DNA of 64,000 nt. Origin: Eukaryota sp. TZLM1-RC. Taxonomy: Eukaryota > Protista > Metamonada: BaSk clade. Positions 23,924-35,457 of this stretch are shown here, piece after piece (positions within the stretch are counted from its first letter, which is position 1; every line of letters starts with the position of its first letter). The notes under the pieces were generated by a model. The model had not been told where the DNA came from and made no database searches. It was given only the letters and a program-made list of their open reading frames with translations. A program made the position numbers and the translations under genes. Where the stretch lies: contig JAUPSS010000003.1 of NCBI GenBank assembly GCA_040285825.1, positions 2,604,001-2,668,000 of the forward strand, read 5' to 3'.

Positions 23924-24967
23924 GTCCATGTTAGAAAAAAGTGAGAGCGTCTGAACATGTTTTAAAACTACACATTATTTTAGTTTATATAATAGTATCT
24001 TCATTTATTAGTACAATTTGTATTGACAATCTCTTCGCTTTTGAACTTTGGAAAATTTTCAGTGCTCTTTGAGATAGTTTTATTTCAATCTAATAACTAT
24101 AGGTAACAACTTTAGTATCATATATGTATGATTCGTTGCATAACACATTAATAGGAATTGGGCACTTTCAGAAACAGGTAATGATGTTTTCTCATAAAAG
24201 ATCGTAACATTTGACAAGAATTTTAATTTGAAACCATTCAAAAATTGATAAATTTAGTAACACTTAGGAGTAATAATCTTCCAAAAACAGCCAGCAGTAT
24301 CAGGCCCTAGAACTGAAATGCCAACATTTGTGTCGCAGTCAGGAATACCATTGCTTTGACCAACCAATGACCGTGTTGTTTTTCGTGTTTATAAACCAAA
24401 AACAGTGGACATTACCCGTAGACACCTGCCAAAAACTCATTGTACGTTGGAACTTATTTATTCATGAAATCACTATGTCATTTCACAGAATTATAATTTG
24501 TGATTAGGATTTTTTTGGTGAGTTTCATGTTCCTTCATTAGACCATTTAGTAATTTCAATTATGTATCAACAGTTAATGATTCGTCCTGAACTTTTGTGT
24601 GGTACATTTAATTGAAATAACTCATTTATAAAACAATAAATAAAAATAATAATATGGGATAACAAACGGAAATGAAAGCCGCTCAAAATTCAATTTCCAT
24701 CTCCATGTGAACATTGATCTCCCAGTGATTTTCTGATTGGTCAAATGTATTTAACAAATTCATGCACAACGCCTTATTCAGAGGCATTCAATGTACTTCA
24801 GAATTAGTCACAGTATAATGAAAATTTGGATAGTTGAAACTGCAGCAGAACCATTTTCTTCATCAGGGAAAAGTTTTCTAGATGTGAGGTTTTTAGTATT
24901 TTTCAAGACAAATCGTACTAAATAAACCAAGCAAAAAACCAAATAAATAATGAATAATAAACCAAGC

Positions 24968-25051
24968 TTCGCTAAAAATGATTGCATATATGGATGACCC
25001 ATTAGTTATGAGTTAATTCAATTAAGTGTGCAAATTCAATAAATATAACTC
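24968..25051 (+). mobile_element. Minimal family A insertion (~50-nt 3' terminus plus ~30-nt filler) with 13-bp TSD
   Basis: TAATAAACCAAGC at 24955-24967 and 25052-25064 flanking CCCATTAGTTATGAG...CAATAAAT. Confidence 0.7.
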
Positions 25052-27030
25052 TAATAAACCAAGCATCAGTAGATTTCCAACAATTCATGTTTTAATTTTG
25101 TGATCAATTAAGCAAATAGGGCGACACGATTAGTCAATTTTTCTACAATTTTAGGGAGAGACTTCGTCTTAATATCACTGAGAATTATTTAAGGGTCTCA
25201 CAATTTGCTGGGACTATGTACTAAGTACACCTAATACCATATTTCAAGATGCATATTTTTGCTTCAATCGCTTCTTTCAAATGAAAATTTCAATGGAAGA
25301 AGGGGGAATCCTCAATAAAGGCAAAATAAATTCCAAGAAAGATTGTCAATACGAATGTAGAAATTTTGACTTCAAAGTTGATCCTTGTGATAACAACGGT
25401 GTAAATGTTGGGTCTATAAGAGAATTTAGTCCACATTGAAGCACCAGTAAGTCGAAATTTTTAGAGTGATTAAATTTTTTTCATTAATCATTCAGAAAAA
25501 ATTTGCACGGAGCGATTCCTGTGGTGAATTTCGAGAGCAACATTGGTCCTTTTGTGAATAAACACAATTTAACAAATGTTCAATTAAGAAAATGGGGTTT
25601 TTACTTTTAATGATTATAGATGGAATGACCAGAAGGCATTTTCATCTTTATTTTTGAAAATGAAAATAAAATGTACCAGCTGTGAAACACAACCAAATGG
25701 AAAAAATGATACGTTTTTGTCGCTATTGCCACCTTCCAGTTTCAGTTTCAGTGTCCTTGAGTTGATATTTTTGAGAACAAGAAGTGTTGATCACTGCTAA
25801 CGTTCAATAAAAAAATCGAATCATTTTGCAAAGTTCCGTATGACAAAATAATACTGAGAAAATGCCTTCAATTCCATCTGCAATTTTTCTTTGCTAGTCT
25901 TGGAGGGTGTGTACAATTAATAGATTGTTCTGTATAAGTTTATGTAAAGTTTTCAGTATCTAAGGCATTGAGTTCTGGGATATTCTGACTTTGTGACAAA
26001 AAAATCATCTTAAAACAATGCCTCAAGTTGATACTCATTGATAATTTGGTAACGAACAGAATTATTGTCTAATGTCACAAGTATTTTGTTACCTTAACCC
26101 TTGAACCCTACAGAAATTCTAAAATCACTAGAGACTCTATATTGCCTTCCATCTGATTTCAATGAATCAGCAATAGTTGTGGATATGGCTTCGGCGTTCT
26201 TTAGTTGAGTTTCCTTCAATTTTTCGAAACCATTTTTCTCTTTGGGTTTCAGGACATTTCTTAAAATTTGTGAAAACATTTCTTTTATTGGTTTCAATAC
26301 CTCTGGCACGACCTTTGGTAGCAGCCATCGTCAGTGAACGATGGGGAATTACATGCTGCACCATCCGGAACAGAGACACGCATAGATTGCGAACTGGTCG
26401 AACATGGAAGGTCTGTTGGTGCAGAATTAGTAGCATATAGAATGGGTTGGGAATAGAATAAGGTCGTAGGGAAAATTTGGTGTTGGAGACATTTGTCACA
26501 TGAACCATGCCTCACCCACCAACCATGTCAGGCAAAACCATACAACTTACTTGTGGTAATATGTCATACGATCGATCTCCCTCCATCTTTTGACGATAAC
26601 ATCGGTAAATGTGTCACAGAGAACCTTTGTTAGTATCTCCTCGCACATAGGTTCCATAGGTTCCTTGCAACAATCAGTTTGTCCAACACCTGCAGATGTA
26701 TAGCCCAAATACCAACAACAATTCACCACATTTAACCATTTTTTATAACATTTGCTTTGAGTTTTAAGTGTTTTGATTCGAAATTGAGATTTGTCATTCA
26801 ATCAGTTCAAATAATCATTCATCCAATGTGCAAAATAAAAATAACTAATACTTTTAAAGATGAAATTGCAGAATACAACAACTAACGTTTGTAAGAATGA
26901 GAATAACATCATCGATGAAGCTCATTAAATCTTGAAAAATAATTTTGATATTGACAGCACTCATTTATTGCTATTTTTACATGTGAGAACAAATATAAAC
27001 AATTGACGAAATCAAGTTGATGTGTACAAC

Positions 27031-27485
27031 TTAATATCCGTTTTGGATGAGATAGTTGCCTAGGGTGAGTCAAGGAGATGTACAAACCTAAGTTGTAGAC
27101 AGCTGACTCAGTGGCGTTACGGGTGGGATCGTCTTGGTGAAGACCGCAGACGATGCACTGATTGGTTTTGACACCGATGAGACCTTTAGGTCCACAACGG
27201 GCATAAAATGATGGGAGAAGACCTTCAGGAGGATCGTTATCTGAGCGAAGTACAAGGTATTTGCCTCCAGTGAAATTGATGGCTGATCCGACGGATGAGA
27301 AGGCATCGGCAACTTTCTTGCCTTGAGAAGCATCAGCCTGAGGTGAATGAATCGTCATGACATACGATACGAAGATCGGGAGAAGCAGCCCATTGATCGC
27401 CATTAATACCGAAAATAGCTCCGCCTATACAGGCATTAGGGGCTTGTTGTTGAAGATAGGTGATGTAACCGTCCCAGTGTGACAT
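27031..27485 (-). CDS. Profilin (132 aa); 28-nt introns at 27338-27365 and 27060-27087
   Basis: MSHWDGYI..GAIFGINGDQWAAS..I.FTGGKYLVLR..GPKG...KTNQCIV...V.NLGNYL...GY after removing two consensus introns. Confidence 0.93.
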
Positions 27486-27726
27486 TGTGAACTGCAATAA
27501 GAATATAAATACAAAACAAACAATGAAATAAAACAAGGAATAATTGTCTAACACGTGTCACAGAGTCTTGTCATGACACCAACAGTAAATCAACTTACGT
27601 TTGCTCAGTTTGATATTTTTAGGCCGAATAGGGTTTCTTGAACAACTCATTTTGAGTAATCTGCGCATAACAAACAGATTGTTATTTTTGTGGTCAGATT
27701 CAACGTTGTGCATGGGTTTCTAGTTT

Positions 27727-28118
27727 TCGGCGTTACCTAACGCCGAAAAAAGGAAGATAAAAATATGAAGGACCTTTGGCACAGTTAGATAGAGTGGAAC
27801 ATGTGAAATATCAGTTTGTGCCGTTTGCAATTTCTCTTTTTGGCAATATTGGATTTTCAGGGTTGCACTTTTTTGAAAACTTCAAAAAATTGTTACTGAA
27901 TAGGTCTGGTAAAACAATGTTTTCCACTTTCTGGTTAAATAGAATTTTTGCATTTTCAAGTCTATTCCAACAATGATTTCAAAGGCGCTTTTCGCTATTA
28001 GTGTAGAATATGTACTTAATGCTGTGAGTAGGTTTAGTAATAGTGACGCTTGTTTGGAGGATATTGAATTCTAGATGGATTTTTTTTCTCAATAAAAATT
28101 CCAGTTAACAAAAAACAA
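27727..28118 (+). mobile_element. 5'-truncated family B1 RLE insertion with 12-bp TSD
   Basis: GGTTTCTAGTTT at 27715-27726 and 28119-28130; A-rich tail; homologous to 9380-9770 on the minus strand. Confidence 0.88.
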
Positions 28119-28699
28119 GGTTTCTAGTTTAAATCTATTTCTGGTGACCTTTACACAATAAGCCAGTTATTTCGACACTATCATTTACTCACACTTACTC
28201 AGCGCAATTCATATGACACATCTCCGAATACTCAATTTTTTTATTCCTTAATTGATAATCAATATCCATATCCAAACACTCAGATTTCGAAATCTTGCTT
28301 TTTTCGGTGTGTCTCCCTTTGGACATAAATTGTTGATAATCATTGAAAGTACACCCAGAAGCTTCTTTCAACAAAAGATCTGATAGCATAGAAATTGCTC
28401 AACCATATAAACAACTATTTCAAGGTTTGTTGAGGATACAAAAGATTAATGATTTTGTCAAATTGCTACACACCCAATAGAGCAAACACAGCTATATTGA
28501 TGCCATTAATAAGTTTGATCCTCGTTTATACAATATCAAATGTAGAAATTTTGACAATATGTGCTTCAATATGTGTTAAAAGCTAACAGTAATTGACACT
28601 GGCAATAGGTACCAATTAATGGCCGGGAAACGAAATTCAAATTGTCCAAATCCGAACAGGGTAGCTTGACCACATTAAACCCCTACAGATTCAACATTA

Positions 28700-29588
28700 G
28701 AATGGAACGAATGGCGTCATGAAGAAAACAAAGGAAGAATTAGAGGTTTTATTAACAGAATGAAAAAACAAAAAAAAAAAACAAAAGATGCTAAACTTGG
28801 TCCCAAAACAAAATCCTCCTCATCCAAATGAAAACAAGAAAGCAAACCTTAAGGAATTCAAGAGGCTCACTGCTCCTTAAAGGAGAAGAGCAACTGTGAA
28901 CAAAGACCATCAAAAATTCTATAAGGATACTGAAAAAACATAGTTTTTATCAAAACAAAACTGTAAAGAAATATGAAGAAGAATTAAAACAACTTTAAAA
29001 AATCGAGCTCATGAAACACTCCTAAAATACTACAAGGAAAAAACAACTTCTCAAAAAACAACAACAACTTTTCTCTCCATGTTGGAGCTTTTTACCATAA
29101 CAAAGAACTAAGAGTCATGAAATTGCGAAGACTCATGCCACAGAGAGGTTTGAAGCATAATGAACGAATGAATTTGGAAATAGGTTTAAAGGTCTAGAAG
29201 ATAACATTGTAGTGATAGGTGATTGGAAGCAAACCAATTTTAGGCATCAAGTATCTACAAAGAATGTTGGTTATCGAAAGATGTTTAAAAAACGTAACTT
29301 CCGTCTATTACTGTTGGATAATATAGAACAAGTTCTCGATGTCATACATATGTACTCGACGTCAAAGAAGGTGAAAATGTAAAGAAAAATCGAGTACCTA
29401 ACCCAAAACCTGACAGGAGGGCAAAAACTCAAACAGTCCTTCCACATGGATTACTCACTTGCAAGAACTGTAGATGTCTATGGAATCGTATTGTCAGTCC
29501 TGTTCTTAATAGAATTCATGTTGTAGATAAGTATATCAAAGGAAATGAAAGACCTCAAGTTTTGAAAAAACGATTCATTTCATCTTAA
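28700..29588 (+). pseudogene. Fanzor1-type (eukaryotic TnpB) RuvC nuclease remnant 1
   Basis: Frameshifted translation gives FYHNKELR.MKL, IVVIGDW, GYRKMFKK..F...LLD.YRTSSRC, NPKP.R, HGLLTCKNC..LWNR, G.ERP..L. Confidence 0.8.
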
Positions 29589-29626
29589 CGGGTCACTACT
29601 ATTTGACATTTTTGTGCTACTAGCCC

Positions 29627-30901
29627 ATGTCTGACCCAGTTCTTGTTCTTAAGGAGTACTATGGCCAGGAAGATAAACAAGTTCGTCTTGAAGACGATTT
29701 TATTGTCTTTGACGAGGGCTCCCTAGCTCGAAGAGTACGCCGTGATGCTCCTTCTACATTCCCTAAAAACGAAGCAGGTGATGTTTACCAAATAGACTCC
29801 ATATGGCTCTTATGGAATCTTCTCAAACAACAAGGAGAGACTCTCATGACCTCCGCATATCGACGTGCCGCTAAGCAACACAACATTGAACCACTTCACA
29901 TTCTTGACAGACAATGGTTGGTCTCTTTCTTCACTGGAAAAGCAGAAGCAAGCAGTAAACTTAAACCCGAATCCTCTCTTCCTCTAGAAGGGTTGCTGTA
30001 CTCCGCTCATGGACTGGAGAGTAAGTATGAAGCTCCTTATAATGAGGAAGCTTATATTAAAGGGAAAGAAGAATGGGAAGAGTTGCTGAAATCGGTGGAA
30101 ATGGAAACTTGCCCTTTTGATGACGTTTCATTTGACCCTGACAAGCAGACAGTTAATAACTCCTTCATCACAATCAATCAAGAACGACGTCCCTACAGTG
30201 AAGAATTTGCCGCAATCACTACTGATAACCTAATTGAAGCCCCAATGAGCACGGAGTTCTTGCTAGATCGCAACAGTAATGTCGTTTTTTCTCACCATGG
30301 GGTAGTGAACACCTATCCATTGGCAAAACAAGCAAAGGACATGATCTCGGAGAGAACTTTTGAGAATAAGGAAAACATTTCCAAAATGCCAATCCAGGGA
30401 TGGAAGCAGTCAAGGCCATATCCTATTATTATTGTACCTTCTATACTATCAGCTCCACTTAATTTCTATAATGCACAACAGTTTTTGGAAAAGTATCAAT
30501 ATGTCGTGGCCACTCAACATCAAAGTGATAGCAAGATTAAGGTTGTTAGTGCACAGTATGGGGGCCACACAGTTAAGTTTCAGCTGATGTGGGATATCAA
30601 TCAAATTCAAAAGGAGAATCTTTTGGATAGTCATGTGGTTGCTGTGGTTTTGTTTCAGCCTCCAGCTGATTTATGCGCTCTATTTGATACCCCACAAAAA
30701 AGAGCAAGGTTTTTCTCAAAGCATAGGGGACTTTATTTCAAATATCAGAATCAACGAAGAGATCCAAAGTTGGTTGGGATTAATGTTTGCGAGTTTACAA
30801 TTAATACGACAAGAAGGCATATGGATAGTAAAGTAGCTAAAGATTTGTGGAGTGAAATATTTGGCTTTATGAGGAAAAAAAGACCTGATCTGTTACCCTA
30901 G
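29627..30901 (+). CDS. CDC73: Paf1 complex subunit Cdc73/parafibromin
   Basis: N-terminal DP...LK.Y and Y...A....I......DR..L..F.TGK; C-terminal PIIIVPS..N...FLE, VVAV and RRHMD..V...W Ras-like domain. Confidence 0.85.
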   Translation: MSDPVLVLKEYYGQEDKQVRLEDDFIVFDEGSLARRVRRDAPSTFPKNEAGDVYQIDSIWLLWNLLKQQGETLMTSAYRRAAKQHNIEPLHILDRQWLVSFFTGKAEASSKLKPESSLPLEGLLYSAHGLESKYEAPYNEEAYIKGKEEWEELLKSVEMETCPFDDVSFDPDKQTVNNSFITINQERRPYSEEFAAITTDNLIEAPMSTEFLLDRNSNVVFSHHGVVNTYPLAKQAKDMISERTFENKENISKMPIQGWKQSRPYPIIIVPSILSAPLNFYNAQQFLEKYQYVVATQHQSDSKIKVVSAQYGGHTVKFQLMWDINQIQKENLLDSHVVAVVLFQPPADLCALFDTPQKRARFFSKHRGLYFKYQNQRRDPKLVGINVCEFTINTTRRHMDSKVAKDLWSEIFGFMRKKRPDLLP

Positions 30902-31212
30902 TTTGCTTGGTTGTTTTTGTTTTATGGAAGTGATTTCTGGGGTGTTTGTTTGAATTTATTAAGTTAATTGTGTGATTCGGATAAGTTTACTTTTGGATTG
31001 TGGAGTTTTTTGAGGTGTTGAAAATAAATGGGCGATGGCTTCAAATTCTTTCAAGCTTATTTGAGTAAATCATTTGAAACTTTTGTTTTGGTATTGATGC
31101 CCAAACTCGCCTATACTTTCTCTCACCTTTTTACTCTAAGTACGATGGTTGGCTATGCATTAGGTGGTTGGGCCACTTTATCATAAAAGACCCAAAAACA
31201 AAACAAAAGTAT

Positions 31213-32545
31213 TTATTTCAAACCACAACCAGTCTCCCAGCCCTTGGGTAGGTATCTTGGATGCATTGTATTGATGAAATGACCTCTCCACCTTTCTATA
31301 AAGTAACACAGCCGAGGGAACTGTGAAAGATCAAACCGTGCCTGCCAATGCACAGTTTCCAGAGTAGCAAGTTCGTATTCACTGTACAAATCGTCTAGGC
31401 ACACTAGCTCACTTTCATCTACAACTTCACGAGAGGTTACTTCTCCAGTCATTTGGGAAGCCATATCACCTTCCAGAAGCTTCTCACAGACCAAGCGACC
31501 ATGACTTTTGAAACCTACAATGTCCTTCAATTCAGAGAGGGAGGTTAATCGGGATAGAAAATCAGTGGTTAACAATTGCCTGTCTATAGGGACACTCAGC
31601 TGATGTTTTCTCAAGAGTAGAGCTATGGTTAACTTTCACCTTGATCATACTCTTTTCATGTTCATTTGCTTCCTCTCTTTCAGAATCATCTTCAGTCTCT
31701 ATCATGTATTGGTCCACAAACCTTCTCACCACGCTCTGTAATTCTTCTTTTCTCTGTGCGGGAATGTTTTCCTCCCCCGGCTTAATCAAGGCTACAGCTG
31801 CATTCCTTACAGTTCGTAACCACTGAACATGTGGATCTGAATTTCTCATCAGTGGTACTTCATATTCTTCTGCGATATAATCCCTCTCCAAGTCTGCTAA
31901 ACCTTCATACTTTTGATGGCAATCATTACACAAGTTCACCACATCAAATGATTGATTACACTTTAGTGTATAAGGGAAATGTTTTCTATAAGTATATGGT
32001 ACTACATGATGCTTTGTTGTCTCTCTCTGCCCACAAACGACACAGTTCTCGTGTTCTTCTCCTATAGTGTAAGCCCCGTGCTGTTGTATCCCCTCATCGT
32101 ATCCCAATGGTTTTATTAACAGTTGAATAGCTCTTGTGGTTAGTGTGTTTTTAATTGAAACAATTCTGGCAATGTTGCGCGCTAAATAAAATTCAGATTT
32201 TTTAGGAGATATTTTTGCAAGTGGAGTTCCCTTGAAATCAAACATTACTACAAAATCAGTGGGAATCTCAAAGTCATCAACACTACTATCGCTCTCCATT
32301 CCTTGGTCATCGTGATCAGAACGAAGGCGTACACGTGTCCGATCGGATGAGAGGATGAAACGAGACGAAGCGGAGAGAGTGGTCGTTAGGTCAGACGGGT
32401 TGGTTTTGGCTTGTAATGAAGGGAAAGAAGCTATTGTGGAGATTGAAACAAAACCACTGGTGTCCATGATGGATCGAAGATAGTCATCTGGATCAGAGAG
32501 CCATCGTTCCACACGACGACGTAGTTTGTTACGTAACTTTGACAT
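31213..32545 (-). CDS. La motif fused to an EXD2-C-terminal-type HNH/zinc domain (434 aa); 28-nt intron at 31623-31650
   Basis: LaM: LRRRVE.WLSD..D.L...MD..GFVSI..IASF...L..S....LS.DR..VR. HNH: ENCVVCG..TKHHVVP..YRKHFP...K...S.DV..LC..CH, HG..V, F..RWR.HF..TM.P.YLP.GW. Removing GTATGA...TTAACCATAG joins the two ORFs. Confidence 0.82.
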
Positions 32546-33121
32546 ATATAAGCGTTGAAACAGATGGTCTAGCCAACAGTACAAGTAAGTGGATATCACC
32601 AAACAATTGAGTCTTGTTCAAAACAGTCAAAATGAGTATGATTCAACCATTGAGCATAAATGTTTCTATATGACCAATCAATCCCCTTTACTTGAATCTT
32701 ACTTGAAGAGAACAATTTTGAACTAAATTGTGTGTTTTTGAAGGAAAACTGGGATTATGGTATCTAATGATGTGGATATTATCACTAATTCGCAAATCGT
32801 AAAGCTGTTGCTTCCAACTGAGCAGAAGCAGTAGAAGTGAGATAACTTTTGTGGAGAACGATGTTGGGTCACATCATTTATTCCATTATTTGTCAAGTTT
32901 TGTAAATGGTATTTCTAGTTCACTAACGATATTTGTAACACTTGATAATATTTATTTGGTGTTTAAGTGCACTATTTTTTGACTTCTTGAGAACGGATAA
33001 GGGATTCTTTGTGTCTAGAACCTCTTTGACCTCCTAAATCTGATCAAATGGTTTGGAGTGGAGGAATTTCACCAACTGTTTCTTTCACCAACTCAATTAA
33101 CTACCTTTTGTCTTACATTTC

Positions 33122-33406
33122 AAATTTCAGCATTATGTTTGAGTAGACAGGACTCAATTTCAGACCACAAACAATTCAAGAAGAAAATGTATACGTTTAG
33201 TCTATTTTTTAGATGTGGTCGAGTCAGTTGTCCTTTATTTGCAATTATATTCAAGACAATAATTTGAAATTCTCGAAGCAGCTGAAGCTTGAAGCTGGTA
33301 TGTACCAGTCAGATCCTAGAATTAATAACATTACTGTGTTAATTTCAAGAGAGGAGTATTAGATTCTATTCATTGAACAGGTAAATCTTCCTCAATCTTC
33401 ACCTTA
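33122..33406 (+). repeat. ~285-bp dispersed repeat, direct copy of 54964-55241
   Basis: Colinear with long identical blocks such as GGAGTATTAGATTCTATTCATTGAACAGGTAAATCTTCCTCAATCTTCA. Confidence 0.88.
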
Positions 33407-33599
33407 ATTATAAAATCCTCTTTCACCAACACTATTCTTTTTACCAACACTTGAACGAACACTATAATAAAACATGAATCGATAATATTTTATTTTGGAA
33501 CTATTAGTTATGTGGTGAGTATTAGCACTTTTAGTTACAATTTACATCACCTATAATACTACCGTCACTAATATTATATATTTTTATATATATTATTAT

Positions 33600-34008
33600 A
33601 AGAAAACAGAAAAGATTCAGCTCCATTATCAACAAAGTGAGAAAATTTGCAAACTTTCGAGAAGTAAAGGTGTGGTTTGGCAATGGAGGTGGTGGTACAT
33701 CACGTCAAAAAGTGAAAACTCCACGTAAGGCATTTCTCAAGTTGTTACAATGCTCATTTGCTAATGTGAAGATCGGAGATGAATATATGACATCTGCAAA
33801 GGTGAACAGCTGCAAGATGCTACACCAAAAGATCTATCGAGAAGTTGATGGTGAAGTTAAAGTTCACAACGCCTATTTCAGTTGTCCGGAATGTAATCAA
33901 GTATGGTCTAGAGACATTTCTACATCACTAAATCAGCTAGAAATTGCAAATAGTGAGCACTACTATGGAACAAGACCAGAAGCGTTCCAGAGACCACAAA
34001 GAAACTAG
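33600..34008 (+). pseudogene. Fanzor1-type nuclease remnant 2 (C-terminal RuvC-II, zinc finger, RuvC-III)
   Basis: V.FGNG..P...F...L....DEYMTS....C...CPEC...WSRD....N......GTRP..F.R. Confidence 0.78.
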
Positions 34009-35457
34009 CTTCAAAGCTACGTATTGTTTTAGAGGAGAAATGGGCTCACTGAGATTGGTGGCCAATTATTCGAGGATTCTAGAACGTCTGTGGACGATCT
34101 CACCAAGAATGAAAGTTCTTGGAATAAGTTTGAATGATGCTTGACAAAAGTATGCATTTCAAATAAAAACAACAGAATGCACTTCTTTTGCAAAAATCCA
34201 AAAAACTCTTTGTTAATTTTCCCTTCTCTTCACCTGTATAATGATATTTTGCATTGTTACTTCATGACAGAAGGGATAGACCAGAAGCGGCTCTCATAGG
34301 GTAAAACACTTTCTCATCTAGGTGATGTTTAAGTACCAGTCTCTTCTACACCACTATCACAACAACCGTCTTAGCCAATTCAGTCATTATTGATGCACTT
34401 CTTATAGTGGACATCCCTCTTGCTCAGGTGTGTCAGCTGCAGAAATATAGTGATCGTATCTCTTGACAATGATACATTATTCAATGATTACCTTCGCTCT
34501 ATTCATATGTTCTCTCAGTTGTTACTGGTAAATTGCAGAACTGTTTTAGTCCTTTTACATCGGACACAGCCCACACACACTGTGTTATGTTCACGTGACT
34601 GATAACAGTCGTTTTAACCTCATTTACTTCCAAATATGTCACTCAAATTGGTCTATCCAGTGTAACTATGCCTGAATGTCACCTGAATTGTTGGTTACTA
34701 GTCTGTCGTCAACTCATGGTGTCCTGATTTCAACAAATTTGAAAGGTTTCTGCAAAGTTTGAATTTAGTCATCTATAAATGTCATTATACTGATCTCTGA
34801 TGACATTGTTTTCATGACTTTCAAGAAAAATTCAAAAAATAGGTATTTGACAAATAAAGTGAAATCCACTTTTCTATAACAAAATAATAAACCTACGACT
34901 ATTGGGAATAGACTCATTGAATTTTCCCCAATGTCTTGAGTTGATTGTTTCCTTGAAACTCTAAATCAGTTTGGATTAAAAAACATAGGCAATGTTTTAG
35001 TTGCGGTGTATTAAATTAGCAAACATCATAGAAAGATGTTGCACCTATTGATAACTCTATTGTCTAAAATACTGAGTTGAATAATCATCTCCATTTTGCT
35101 CATAATGAATTCAATGATGGTGATGCTGCCATGCACTAATATCATTGTAATGGTGTGCTTTAGTGAAGAATTTGTGTAATGAATAACAGGTCTTAAACCT
35201 CATTAAGTCCTTATTGAAAAGCTATGCATTTGTCTTTAACGGCTTTTGACCAAAGAAGAAATGATGTTTATAAATAACACATTCAAAGTACCACTCACCA
35301 AATACATTCCAAACCAAACACATGTTCTGGGAAGGCCTCATACTCATCAAACTCTTTTTTTGGCACTCTGGTTTGCCACTGATGACCGGGAATAATAACA
35401 CATGTTTGTTGCAAACATTGAGTTATGATCTGTTAGATCGTTTTAATCACATTCAAA

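Noticed and set aside
24280-24470. Transposase motif resembling LPKFHCELN (HLPKTHCTLE)
   Set aside because: Single short degenerate match with no supporting context
25600-25860. hAT transposase dimerisation-domain relic
   Set aside because: Only a faint P.S.S..E..F-like pattern across frameshifts; too weak to call
31560-31650. Programmed frameshift in the La-HNH gene, and similar ORF breaks in Dcp2, profilin, the CCCH gene and centrin
   Set aside because: Each break is resolved exactly by a 28-36 nt consensus intron
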